A DNA stretch of 63,046 nt, the filler included, from Neoconidiobolus thromboides FSU 785 (lineage: Eukaryota > Fungi > Entomophthoromycota), in the NCBI GenBank assembly GCA_025603075.1. It is 10 parts of 10 records of this genome, joined end to end, with 100 filler letters (N's around TTAATTAATTAA, not from the genome) between each part and the next. Parts side by side here need not be neighbours in the genome. Positions count along the whole stretch, not along the records: positions 45,291 to 55,226 come from MU626651.1; positions 55,327 to 57,039 come from MU626925.1; positions 57,140 to 63,046 come from MU626739.1; 7 more parts are not named here. One strand, 5' to 3'. The first letter of the stretch is position 1, and each line of letters opens with the position of its first letter. The notes under the pieces are model-generated. The model saw only the letters and a program-made list of their open reading frames with translations. It ran no database searches and was not told the DNA's origin. Below, piece after piece: positions 48,165-60,261 of this stretch. A program made the translations under genes and the position numbers.

Positions 48165-50293
48165 TTAAAACGGGAAGCCATTCCCATTAGGAGTTGAAAC
48201 ACCAGCAATACTTGAAGAAGGTATTGAAAAATAGTCGCCATTATTAGTAATAGTCGAAGGCGAAAAGTAGGAATCTATTCCTTGTTTAATCATTGGGGTT
48301 ACTATTTCAAGTGGGGTAAAATCTAAGTGCCTTAAACTTGGGCATAATCCAGAAAGATCCCCACAGCGTCGATCCGAAAGTAAATACCATATTAGTGTCT
48401 CATAAATAAGTACTAATTGACGATGGGTTTGTACCATGGATATTCTTTGATCACGAAACGATTCTACTATATGGTAAACAATATCTGGGTAACCAGAAAA
48501 TAAATTGAAATCTAGTGCCGCTATGGAACTATCTATTGCACAAAATGCACCGGTTCTGCCACAACCTGCACTACAATGTACTATCATTGGTCCAACATTA
48601 TCAAATCTTGCTTCTGCCATTGTTTGAAGATGACGAGTTAAATTTCTTACTCTTAATAAGGTAGTTGGCTCTGCTGGGACCCCAAAATCAGGCCATCCAA
48701 GATAATGAACTTGCATAATAATCATTGGTTCACAATGACGGTCACTTCTTGATAATAAAAATTTACGAAGTTGGATTAATCCAGTGTTGGTACATTCTTC
48801 TTCTTGTAGATTTTTAACTACAAATTTTCCAAATGATACAGATTGTCCTGGAACATCTGGCCAATAACGATGGCATCGGATTCTACCGCCTTCGTACTCT
48901 TTTGTCAACATTGCTATAACTCGAGTGTTGTTTTGCCATATTAATTGCCAAAAATCTTCAAATGTAGCCGGAAGTGGTCCTTGGGTTGCGATATAATTAT
49001 TGTTAGTAATAGATTCAGTAATTAAGCTAGCGTTAATATAATCTGATTCTGGGGCACTATAATCTACAAGCTTAATTCTTGAATTTTCATAAGGCCAGAT
49101 GTTCATATATCGATTCTTGTGGCCCTTTTCTATACCTGCACTCACACTGTATGGGTTATTATGAGCACCTTTACCGGTTTTAGTTAATGAATATAATCTT
49201 TTCTGTTCCGAAACATCTAATTTCTATAAAATGGTCAGGTTATAAATAATGACTAAATTTAAATTACTTCAAAAAGTTCTGCAATTGCTTTTTCTCCATG
49301 ATCTTTTTCAATCATTTTTTGTAAAAAGGCAGGTAAAGTTGAAGCACATTGACCAAAGGAATTAACGTCTGGAATTGGCATTTGAATTGGTATCTTTTCG
49401 GCACTGCTTGAAGTAGCAGTATTGTATTGTCTTAAGCAATTGAAAAATTGCTGATTATAATTGTCAACAGAAGCAGAGGTGACAGAAGCAGTAGTAGCAG
49501 TTGTAGTTAATGGTCCTAATGAATTTAGTGAAAGGGATGGTTTTTTAATAGAGTTTTTGATTAATGGCCCTGAGCTAGCGCATACGAGTGAAGGAAAAGA
49601 AGATTGAAATTCTTTGAATCCACCTAGTTTAACCCAAAGTTAGTTTAAAGTCGATTGTATTAGTAATGAATTACCTTTAACCCAATAGAACTCAGGTCTA
49701 GTTCCTGACTCTATCAATCTTTTTGACAAATTATAAAATTGCGATTCATTGCTTAACACCTTTGAGTTAGCATCCATGAATATAATTGATTGATAACATT
49801 TCCAGTTTTTTAATAACTCTTTTTGTTCTTCTACAATAATGGAGTTGAGCATGTGAGAAATATCAAAATTATCCTCTTTAATAATGGTTGAAGACATGAA
49901 TATATTAATTGACTTAAGTATTTTACATTTTGCATATAACATTGTTGGACGAGTATCAATAATTAGACTATTAGCTATTTCATTTGAACTTATTAAATTT
50001 GCGAGTTCTTGACATTGTATTTCATTTATTTGTTGCTTATCACTATTATCTGAACTTATACTTGAATAACGAGAGCTTTTGTCTTCTATTTCCATAGGAT
50101 TGAAGCTACTTTGATTAGGGTAGGGTGTTTTTGGATAATTATTATCATTATTTAATCGAACTTTAGTAGTTCCACTTTGCTGTTCAAAAGGGTTAGTTTG
50201 GAATTTGATGGAAGGGGAACGATTAGGCGAAGCAGTAAAAAAAGAAGATTGTTCAGGTAGTTTAATAGAAGTTGGCTTAAACGATATTTTCAT
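48165..50293 (-). CDS. Protein-tyrosine phosphatase with N-terminal rhodanese domain (Pyp1/Ptp2/Ptp3-like), 3 exons
   Basis: Exons 50293-49675, 49623-49268 and 49223-48165 splice in frame. Rhodanese IIDTRP and WVKG|GF; PTP motifs KNRYMNIWPY, DYINAS, YIATQGP, WPDFG, VHCSAGCGRTG, MVQT. Confidence 0.93.
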
Positions 50294-51677
50294 TTTAAAG
50301 TTAAGCTAATAAGGTGGGAAACAATAAAAATAAAATAGTTTTAAAATTTATTAAAACGGAAGTAGCAATTAGTTTTTATATAATAAATTAATTTAAATGA
50401 TTTCAGGTGCTTAAACAGTGATCTAAGTTTGATGTAACTTCATTGGCTGATGCAGTTGCCATGATCGATTTAATTGGAAGAGAGTTAGATTAAATGCAAT
50501 TCTAGATTTGTGAATCCTACTAAAACTAGGTTTTAATTTGAGGCTATATGAATTGAATTTAGCGTATATGATATAATCCCTACATTTATTGGTCAGTAAA
50601 TACGGTGGTTAATAAAATTATTTCATTTATCGACTTGATAATGAAATCATAGGTTAAAAACTAGGGTTATTTTTAACATTTTAATATATTATGGATCTTT
50701 TTATACTCTTGATATTAAATTTTTAGCTTAAAAGATGGCAGTTAAATAAAAATATTATATATCATATGGGTTATATAATATTAAAACCTTAACTTTTGTT
50801 TTATGAAAACTAAACTATAAATAATTTGAAATACATTTCTATCTATAGATCTTAATTTATTAGTTATATAATTGTACATAAAAAACGAGTTTTTTAAAAG
50901 CGATGACTTGTTTTTTCTTTGTAAAAATATTAAGTAATAAAAATTATTACAAAAAACATTAGATAAAACAAATATCTTAATAATCTTTGTAAACTATAAA
51001 ATTTTAACTTCAGATATTAAAAAGTTAATTTATGGTCAATTTTGTTATGTAAAACATACTCTATTTGTTTTAATACCATTATTTTGAATTTAAAAATAGA
51101 GTTCCCTCCATATCATTCTTTTCATTATGAATATAAAGTAATAATAGGAATTACATTCCGCTCCATTGTGAAAAGTAAATAAACTTTATTCCTAATAGCA
51201 AGCCAGTTTTGATTCACAAATACCTTATTCCAAAGTATTATCACAGTCACTATCAATTAAGGTTCTATACCTATTAAGTTTTTATAATATTATAATTAAA
51301 ATTTCTATTTCTTCGTAATTATGTAAAATTAACAGTATTATTTCTCACATTTTCCTGCCTCTTTATCTATATTTGATTTTAAGGGTAAACTACATATAAA
51401 GACAACTTTCTTTCTCAAAGATTTAAAATGTTATATTCCTTAGCCTAATAAGTCTAAATTATTTCATTATGGATACTATATTTGATATAAAACCGATTGA
51501 TGTTCTAACATTGCATTCATTGTATTTTGGGCTATAATTCAATCTAAATTTAAAAATTATTTTAAATTAATTTTACCATATAATAATAGTTCTAAATACT
51601 ATAATGAAGAATAGTAGTTTTAACATTTGTATTATAATACTTTTCTTAATGCAATGAATTTTAAAAGTGGAAACAAC

Positions 51678-51784
51678 AAATGGGGGTATATTTTTTTTGT
51701 TTAAGAATTTTACTAACAAACTTTCCACACAAATAGCACTTAAAGGATGGAAAAAGTGATCAATCCAAAAAAACATCCCCAAAT
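51678..51784 (-). mobile_element. ~100-bp MITE-like element
   Basis: GGGGGTATATTTTTTTTGTTTAAG...AAAAAAACATCCCC. Confidence 0.83.
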
Positions 51785-51891
51785 AATAACTATATGAAAA
51801 AACGGATAAAAACTGTAAAACTTCATACCATTTTTATACAATATATAAGATATATCTTACTAATATATATGATTTTATTGAAAACAAGATA

Positions 51892-53786
51892 TTAATTTCT
51901 AAAACCAGAATCCAAAGTATAAGTAAACTTTTGTTGTTTACCAAGTTCTAAATCATCATCACTATAATCGTCAATATTTAAATGGCCTGCCAAAGGGTGA
52001 TTTGGATGTAATTTAGAGGAAGCAAATGAATTATTTGCTGAATCAAGTAAATAAAATTTATCTTGTTTGCTAGAACTTGGTTGACTATTTTGAGTAGAAT
52101 AGGTACTCTTATTAATACTAGGAAAGCGTGAAATGATGCTATGAGTAACTTTAGGTGGTAACCTTTTTTTGTAGCGACGGAATAATATATAAGCAATAGT
52201 TAGGACAGCAGCTATAACTACTATAGAGATAGCTAATTTTATGCCAACAGATAAACCTTTATTTGCATCTAGATTTCCATTACCAAAAATTAAACCGGAA
52301 CTAGGATCAGGCTCATCAAATGATAGATAACCATTAGGAGCGATAGTACATTGTGAAGGCTCAAATGTGGTTTTTGATGTATTACAATTATCATCGTCGT
52401 ATAAATAGCTAAGTTTTCCTTCTGATAAATTTAATAACCAAATTGCAGAACCAGAAGTAGGGTATTTTGAATATTGAGCAATTGTGAAATCTAAAAGTTT
52501 TAATTACTATAACTGAAAGAATAAAAATTGTTACCTTGTATTACTAAATCGGGTCTTGTTACCGCAGTTTCAAACCAATCTGAATAACCATGTTGATTTA
52601 ATCTTCCATCCAGATTGAACACTTTTTGGGCCTTTAAAAAATATGGCCAGTCATTAGTTTGATCTGCTTTATAACCTGCTCTTTTGAACCATTCATTATA
52701 AGTATTGGATAATTCCCTCTCATCTTTGATATTTTTTGTTTTATTTATGCTTCTTTTTCTGTCTTCATTATCAATATCAACAACCATACCACTTACTCCA
52801 ATAACGTCTTGAAAATCCCCTATTCTTTCTTGACCTTGGAACTCATTATTAGGGGTTACTTGCCAATTAAGAATAGAACCTGACATTTGACTTAAGCTAG
52901 TTAAATATGTACTTCTTGGCATACTCCATTTTCCACCTGATTTATTAGCTTCATAACTGGTAAATGAGATGTATCGGTGATATTGAAGTTTACTTAAATT
53001 ATGAGTATGACAATCAGCTGATTTTTTAATAGCATCGTAAATGTTTTCTGCTACTATTTCTTTATTGAAAAAAGCTGCAATAAACATGATCCATTGGGCT
53101 TTCTTTTATAAATAGATAAATAAATGAAATTAAATAATAAAAATATATATTAACTTACTTGTAAAGGGCCATATTCTTCATTATAAAAATTTAATGGAAC
53201 AACGATATTCCCTTCTTCATATGTATCTCTTGAATTCTTGATAAACAATAATTGAGAATCCGAAGGTTGTTTATCAACTTTGGTTATTTTGCCTTCTTTT
53301 ATATTCTTTGATACACAGGGACTAGTTATCTTTTCAGTTTCTCCTAAAATTGATGTAATTACATCCCTTAATCCCAACATTTCAAGCCAAGCTACAGCTG
53401 GTCTTGCTGTATCTTTTACTGTGACTTTAGTGAGTGGTAACGAAAAACAAATATCAGCTTCAATTACTGGTACCTTGGTACCAGCACAATACAAAACATA
53501 TGTTCTTTGATTTATATTATCTTTGATTATTTTATAAGTAGAGAAATATTCAATTGAAAATCCACTAATATTTCCTACTAATATTAACTAAGTTAGTGTT
53601 TAGCTATTAAGATAAAATATTAGTATTACACTTTGCTTTGCTTCCATTCGTTGTAGGTTTAATATTACTAAAATAATCATTTTCATTAGTACTATTACAT
53701 TCAATTACACCAGATATGCTAGAATTGATATAGCTTATTTGAATTACAAGATATAAAATTGCCAGTAAGTTTATTTTTAAACTCAT
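51892..53786 (-). CDS. Type-I membrane protein with helical-backbone periplasmic-binding-protein-like ectodomain (CBA1-like), 4 exons
   Basis: Signal MSLKINLLAILYLVIQISY; FSIEYFSTYKII..YVLYCAGT, LEMLGL, ITSPC, EEYGPLQ|KAQWIMFIAAFFNKE; TM LAISIVVIAAVLTIAYILF followed by RRYKKR. Introns ~52 nt near 53580-53630, 53158-53103 and 52534-52491. Confidence 0.72.
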
Positions 53787-54732
53787 TATTTTATAGTAAA
53801 AAACAAATTACTGAAAAATTTATATTATTCAATTTATTAAAATTAAAAATTATTTTAGGAACTTTAAAGTGATTGGCTATCCTTGATATCAAGAACTAAA
53901 ATTAAAGTTCTCAGATTTTATAATTTATAGACTGTAGAATAGATTATAAGTGATAAGGATTTTAAAATTATTTTCTTACACAATTTAATTAAAAATCTAC
54001 TTACTGCCTTTTACAAACTTCAATTAGTTTTTTATATAGTTTAAGAATTTAAGGATATTAAAGTGTTATTCAAGCATAATTAAGATAAAAATTTTATCTT
54101 ATTAAATTTGTAGCATTTTATATGAAGCAAAACAATTTCTATAGTTTCTTCCTTATATTCAATATGATATTATTGAAATTTATTAAAAAGAAGTAAAGTT
54201 CTTCATGTAATGAAAGACATAAAAAATAAACTACGAATGAAATCTAAAAAATAAGAAGATTGTATTAATCTATACCGTTTTTGGTCCAATATTTATTAGT
54301 TCATAGAAACGATTTACATTTATAGACCTGGTTTATGAACAAAGATTATAGCAAAATTAATCGTAATAATCATGATCATACAATTGAAGTTATACAGTTC
54401 TTTAATATTATCATGCCAACTATCTTATCCATATTTGCATTTAAAGTAGCACATAGGAGTCATTTTGATCATTACATGATTCCATTATTGTGAGCCTCAT
54501 ATGAGAATTTTAGTGATTTAAATGAATTTTGTTTAGTACTTATACTTAGAAATCAAGAAATAGCATAACAAAATACTCCTCAACTTTATATTACACCTAA
54601 AGCAATATAAGTGAGAATTATCAAATTCAATTAATAACTAGTTTATTTTTTTAAAAACAATTTTGTTATTAAAAACATTGTTACTACCTTTTATTAGTTC
54701 ATTATTAATTAAACTATCATTAATTACATTAT

Positions 54733-55226
54733 TCAAAACGCATTTTCTAATCTATCAATAATTTTATGATCATAGAATTGTAAACTATGATTATTTATGA
54801 CATTTTCCTTCATTTCATTTGTATTATTATTATTGTCATTACCATTACTTAACTCATGAATGTATTTATTTAAAATAATACAAAAAAATAAATGAAATTG
54901 TTCTAAATTTGTAAATTCTTTCTTCTCCAATAGCTCTTTAGATAACAGTCCATCCTGATCAGCTAATAATATACCCATCATTTTTTGATACATTTTACTT
55001 AATGTAATTAAATTCAATAAAACTTCATCTTTATCTTTTATATTATCTTTTTGAAACTTACTCAATAATTCTTTGATCTCTTCATTTAACCCATCATTGT
55101 TACTTTCTGATACTTCCATTTTATATTTGTCATCATTGATTCTTTTATCTAATAAAAATACACTTACATCCATGCATACTGATATTACATATGCTGCAGT
55201 AACTAATCCCAATAAAGAATAAAATA
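54733..55226 (-). CDS. Hypothetical protein, 5'-truncated by contig end
   Basis: Open frame from the contig end with a hydrophobic segment then a charged helical region; no recognised motif. Confidence 0.45.
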
Positions 55227-56037
55227 NNNNNNNNNNNNNNNNNNNNNNNNNNNNNNNNNNNNNNNNNNNNTTAATTAATTAANNNNNNNNNNNNNNNNNN
55301 NNNNNNNNNNNNNNNNNNNNNNNNNNCCTAATAATTTTAAAATTGAAGATTGTCTTATTTTAATGATAATTTATTCCTTTAATATTTTTAAAGTTGTTAC
55401 AATTAATATTAATTTGTAATTACCATACCATAGCAACTAAGACATTATTATTTTTAAATTGATGTTCTGATTTTTACCACCTGTGAAGTATTTTATAGAG
55501 ATTGCTATATTTAAAAAAGTATTTAATGCTTAATATATTTATTTCTTTTAGTTGATTTTTTAATGCTAATAAGTCATTCATCTAATTTAAAATTTTTCTT
55601 GGAATTATTAATATTCCTAAATAATTTTTAATCAAATTAATTTCAAATGTTTACGCCATTATTTTATATCAAAATTATCATGAAACTTACGATGTCTTAA
55701 CTGAAATATGATATATTTATTGTTTAATTATTGACTGTAAAAGACAATAATTTATATGAATAAAAAATAATTATAGATTAATAGTCATGTTCTAATAATT
55801 AGCTAGGATAATTTTTTTAAATATATTTAACATTAAGTTGATGTAAATATATACTGGAATAACTTTTAATATTAATACAACTTCGTTAAATCTAAATTAT
55901 AGTTTCAACCACTACATATAAAATGGCAATAGGGTTTAAATACTATAGTCGCATTACTCTACTTGTATAAAATTTTAAATAAGACAGTCAAAGTCATTTA
56001 AACTTATAAGAAGTTATCTTTATTTATAAAATCAACT

Positions 56038-57039
56038 TTAGCTATAACTATTCTCTACTACTTTAGTGCTCTTCTTACCAGATTCTTTATTATCAGATTC
56101 TTTCTTTCTAGACTCTCTCGCTAAAGATATAAATTGAGAAAATATACTCTTGCCTTTTTGACTTCTACTTTTTTCTTCAACTATTTTCTCGGATTCTATA
56201 TCTTTTTCTTCAGCATCACGATCCGGATGGAAAATTCCTTCAAAAAACTCCTCTGGGAAGAGTTCAACTGCTACTTGTAAGTGGTCGAAGGATGCAATCA
56301 CTGAATTATAAATGGATACATTTCTCTTCTTAATTCTTCTTAAATAATGCCGTCCAATTTCTCCAAAAGTTCCGTTTTCTATTCCATTATGGTATTTTAA
56401 AGCTACTTTAATATAATTTGTTAAAATAGGGTTCTTTTCAAAAAATCCATCAAGATTCAATTTTCCTGGTTTTACAATAGCTAAAATAGGACTAATGCCA
56501 CGAACTACAGAATCCAAAAAAATATTACTAGGTACATAACTTGCAATATAGAAAGGGACGAGTCTACTATTAACAAGATGTATATGAATTTGACGAAGAT
56601 ACTTAAAGAGTATTGTTGTGATTAATCTACTTTTTACAGGATCAATACCACGGAACGGAAGATCAAAGTCGCCTCCCAAATAAGCTTCAAGTTTTTCTGG
56701 TGGTAATTTTTCAACAAATAGCTTAATGAGCCCAGCAGGATTTTTTGGAATATGAGGAAAAGGAATTTTATTAAATGGAATACCCTTGGTCTTTTCTTTA
56801 TCTTTCCCTTTTTGAACATCTATTAATTCACCTTTTTCGTCATCAAAATCTAGCTTATCACTAAGGTAATCTTCTTCTTTAGATTCTTTGGCTGCTTTTT
56901 CATCATCTTTCTTCTGGTTGTTGGGACTGTTTCTTAAATAAGACAATACCCCAGGAGAATTGTTATTATTCAACCTCATCTCTGAAAGTGTAAGTGCTTG
57001 GGAAGACGCTCCATTTCCTGATGGGAGCTTTAAGCTAGC
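56038..57039 (-). CDS. Hypothetical protein, 5'-truncated (frame open to contig end)
   Basis: >330 open codons in an AT-rich genome; no recognised family. Confidence 0.7.
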   Translation of the reverse strand, partial: ASLKLPSGNGASSQALTLSEMRLNNNNSPGVLSYLRNSPNNQKKDDEKAAKESKEEDYLSDKLDFDDEKGELIDVQKGKDKEKTKGIPFNKIPFPHIPKNPAGLIKLFVEKLPPEKLEAYLGGDFDLPFRGIDPVKSRLITTILFKYLRQIHIHLVNSRLVPFYIASYVPSNIFLDSVVRGISPILAIVKPGKLNLDGFFEKNPILTNYIKVALKYHNGIENGTFGEIGRHYLRRIKKRNVSIYNSVIASFDHLQVAVELFPEEFFEGIFHPDRDAEEKDIESEKIVEEKSRSQKGKSIFSQFISLARESRKKESDNKESGKKSTKVVENSYS

Positions 57040-57139
57040 NNNNNNNNNNNNNNNNNNNNNNNNNNNNNNNNNNNNNNNNNNNNTTAATTAATTAANNNNN
57101 NNNNNNNNNNNNNNNNNNNNNNNNNNNNNNNNNNNNNNN

Positions 57140-57211
57140 TTGTAAATAATATCGAAATTTCTAGATAGTTACTTAAAAATTTAGGTGAATATACTAAAAC
57201 CTAGAAAAGTT
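57140..57211 (+). repeat. 72-bp direct terminal repeat of last contig (partner 62975-63046)
   Basis: TTGTAAATAATATCG...CCTAGAAAAGTT is identical at both ends; also at 9190-9261. Confidence 0.92.
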
Positions 57212-57306
57212 AACAACAGTTTAAAAAAAGGTATAAAGCCAGAAGATAAAGATAATATTTAAATTAAATTAGATATCAAATTGAACACTAAACCAGATAC
57301 TAAAAA

Positions 57307-57924
57307 ATGTTTACAACTTTAAATAACAATCCATTTGCTCATTATCCTAAAGAATTACATCCTTTTGTATTTACTCCAGATCATTACATCCCCTTTAATC
57401 ATAAAAAGAATACAACATCAACTACTCAAGAAAATAACACTGAAAAACAATTCACAAATGATAATAACAAAATTCCACTCACTAATGATGCTAAATCTCA
57501 AGAGGATAAGTATCCATACGTTGATATGACAGAATATTCCAATTATTATATTATAGAGGCTGAATTACCTGGATTTAAAAAAGAAGACATTGAAATTTCA
57601 TTTGATAATGTCGACAATATAATTACTTTAAAGGGAGAATATACTTATCGACCAAAGAAGCATGAAAATATCGTTATAGTGGAAGAAGCAGATGAAACAA
57701 ATGAGGATGACAATGCTTCTGTGAGTACATCAAGTGTTAATGATGATGGAAAGCATTTACTTATAGAAAGAAAGCTAAAGAAGAGCTTTAAGAGGAGTTT
57801 TAAAGTTAAACACGATATCTTAGCTGAAGAAATCCAAGCAGATCTAACTGATGGAGTGTTGAATTTAATAATTCCAAAGCGTTTTAAGAAAGAAAATAAG
57901 AAAATAAGAATACCCATTCAATAA
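57307..57924 (+). CDS. Small heat-shock protein HSP20, copy 2
   Basis: Identical to 9357-9974 except four substitutions seen (three synonymous, one A>T). Confidence 0.93.
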   Translation: MFTTLNNNPFAHYPKELHPFVFTPDHYIPFNHKKNTTSTTQENNTEKQFTNDNNKIPLTNDAKSQEDKYPYVDMTEYSNYYIIEAELPGFKKEDIEISFDNVDNIITLKGEYTYRPKKHENIVIVEEADETNEDDNASVSTSSVNDDGKHLLIERKLKKSFKRSFKVKHDILAEEIQADLTDGVLNLIIPKRFKKENKKIRIPIQ

Positions 57925-58017
57925 GTTTTGTATAATTATTCTCTCTAATGTAAATCATTATTATTTTAAATAAAAATAATTCATTTAATATTTTGAACAC
58001 TTTAAAGGAAAATCTAA

Positions 58018-58105
58018 ATTGTGATGTTTGACTTCATTTTTCCATCTTTTAAGCGTTATTTGAGCAGAAAATTGTAAAATCCTAAACACAAAAATACATC
58101 CCTAA
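58018..58105 (+). mobile_element. Shortened MITE-like copy
   Basis: GTGATGTTTGACTTCATTTTTCCATCTTTTAAGCGTTATTTGAGC...AAAAATACATCCC; a second deletion derivative lies at ~58430-58482. Confidence 0.75.
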
Positions 58106-58695
58106 ATGTAATTATCATGGCTCTATAGTAAGCTAACTAATAAAAAGGCAAAAAACTTAAATTTAGTAATTCTGATTTGTTATAACTCAATAAAACTCTT
58201 TTTTTGCGCTAGGACTGAGATAAAAATTAGTTAAGAATAGTTGAAGCCCCAGAGTTTGATGATTTTTGTGTGAGCTAATCATTACTAGAACAAAGTTATA
58301 GTTAAAATAAAACTAATTTCAACTTTGATCAAAATTAATGTAATTATTAAGTTTATGCTACAAAGTCTTATCAAACAAAACGTATCTTCAATAAATAAAA
58401 TAATTTATAGATTTTTATAATATTTATAATTTGTGGATGTATTTTTTTGTTTAAGAATTTTGCTAGTAAAAAAAGACATCTTTGTTTAATTATTTTAATT
58501 AAAGTATAATTTTTTTATTTAAAAATATCGTTTACTATATTAATTTTAAAAAAAAAAAAAAATTGTTAACTTTTTATTGAAAAATGATATTTAATAATTT
58601 ATTTATAAAACAGCTATTTTGATTATTATAAAAACACTTGTTTAGGGTTTATACTATATTTATATAAAATGTTTAGCTTATAAGTTAAAGCTTTA

Positions 58696-58768
58696 TGGAG
58701 AACCCGGGCATCGATCCCGGTGCCTCTCGCATGCTAAGCGAGCGCTCTACCATCTGAGCTAGTTCCCC
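58696..58768 (-). tRNA. tRNA-Ala(AGC), identical to the other two
   Basis: Same 73-nt sequence in unrelated flanks. Confidence 0.97.
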
Positions 58769-59041
58769 AATTGTGTTGTTAGACTTTATCAGAAAGTTAC
58801 TTGTTATAATAAATCTTAGAGATTGTAGTAAATGTAGCTGTAGCTAAAATTCTACTGAATTGTTCTCTATAGTAGCTTTTAAATACATTTCATTGTTATA
58901 CATACAAGTTATTTATTTTAAATGATGTTTTGTTTGTTAAAAGTATTTTATGGCAGCTTTATATTCTATTAAATAAAAGCATAAATATAATAGGAATTAA
59001 GTTTAAATAATTTTATTGTTGGATACATAATTAAAAATTTC

Positions 59042-60032
59042 CTAAAATTTCCTTCTCTTCATGCTTGTTTCCTCCATAATAATACTTTCCAGTTGTGACT
59101 TTGGTTTATTATCAGTAATAGTAGAACTGCTATTACTATTGGATTGATATTCTTTACTTTCTTTAATTAAAGAGTTTAAAGATTTAACTTTGATAGTTTC
59201 TTTCTTTTTGAATACATTAAATCCGACTTTCTTATCTTCTTTTTTAACAACTAATTTCAGTTTTATCGGTTCTTCAGTATTTTTGACTTTCAATTCTTGA
59301 TCTTCCTATTATTAACTATTAATCTTTATTATTTTAATTAAAATATTTTTTACTTTTTTAATTTCTTGATTCTCTACTTCTTTTTCTTTATCCTCTTCTT
59401 TAGCTCGTTCAATTTGTTCTTTTAATAATTTTCTTTGCCTTTCTTCAAATGACATTTCGCTCCTTTCCTTTTTTAATATAGCTGCTTTTCTAGCTAATGC
59501 TTCTGGCGAATTGTCAATCCATGTTATAAACCAGCCCTTTTCTGTATCTTCAACATGACAATGACCTTCTCTACCTAAATAAGTAACAAACTCGGTTAAA
59601 GTCCCCCATTTGGTGGCATTCATATGTAAATGATTTCTATCCGCAATCAATTCTTGGTAAACTTTATTAGCATGAACTCTTTTAGTTCCATGAGATCTTG
59701 ATAATTGCCTTAAATAACCAGCTTTGAATTCTCTTGAAAACTTTTCAAGCATTCTGTTAGGATTGTCCCTAAACAATAACATTTGTCTTTGATGTGATTC
59801 TGAAGCACAATGACACTATAAACTAAAGTTAAATGAAAAACAAACTATCTATTTCAATTACCTTAAATCCATTTTCATCTCGACACTGTTTTTCGCACAT
59901 TTGACAATACCATCTTAATTTTTGAAGGCCTTTAGCCTATTTGAATTAATATTAACATTAACAATTTTTGATACAATTTACCTTCATTCGATTAGCTATG
60001 TCTTTTGGGGTACCGAATTCTGCTTTACCCAT
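59042..60032 (-). CDS. KIN17: KIN17/Rts2-family zinc-finger protein, 4 exons, short form
   Basis: Exons 60032-59982, 59936-59862, 59815-59354 and 59305-59042: MGKAEFGTPKDIANRMK|AKGLQKLRWYCQMCEKQCRDENGFK|CHCASESHQRQM...HLHMNATKWGTLTEFVTYLGREG. Confidence 0.93.
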
Positions 60033-60261
60033 TTTGCGATTTTATTGAAATAAAGTTTATAACAATTTTATAAAGAAATAAAAATAAAAATTATAAAACT
60101 AAATTTAAAGGTTAAGCAAATGCAAGTTTAATAAGCAGCCAATCATATTTTTGATAATTTTATTAAATATAAAAATAAGAGACTATATAGATTTTAACTA
60201 TCTTTGTATCTTAGTAGGTCTATAGGTTTTCCTACTATTAAATGATTTTTTCTATACTTAT

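Noticed and set aside
50430-50470. Reverse strand resembles part of vertebrate U3 snoRNA (GCAACTGC..TCAGCCA.TGA)
   Set aside because: U3 boxes A, C and D are absent; better explained as a CCAAT-box promoter region of the phosphatase gene.
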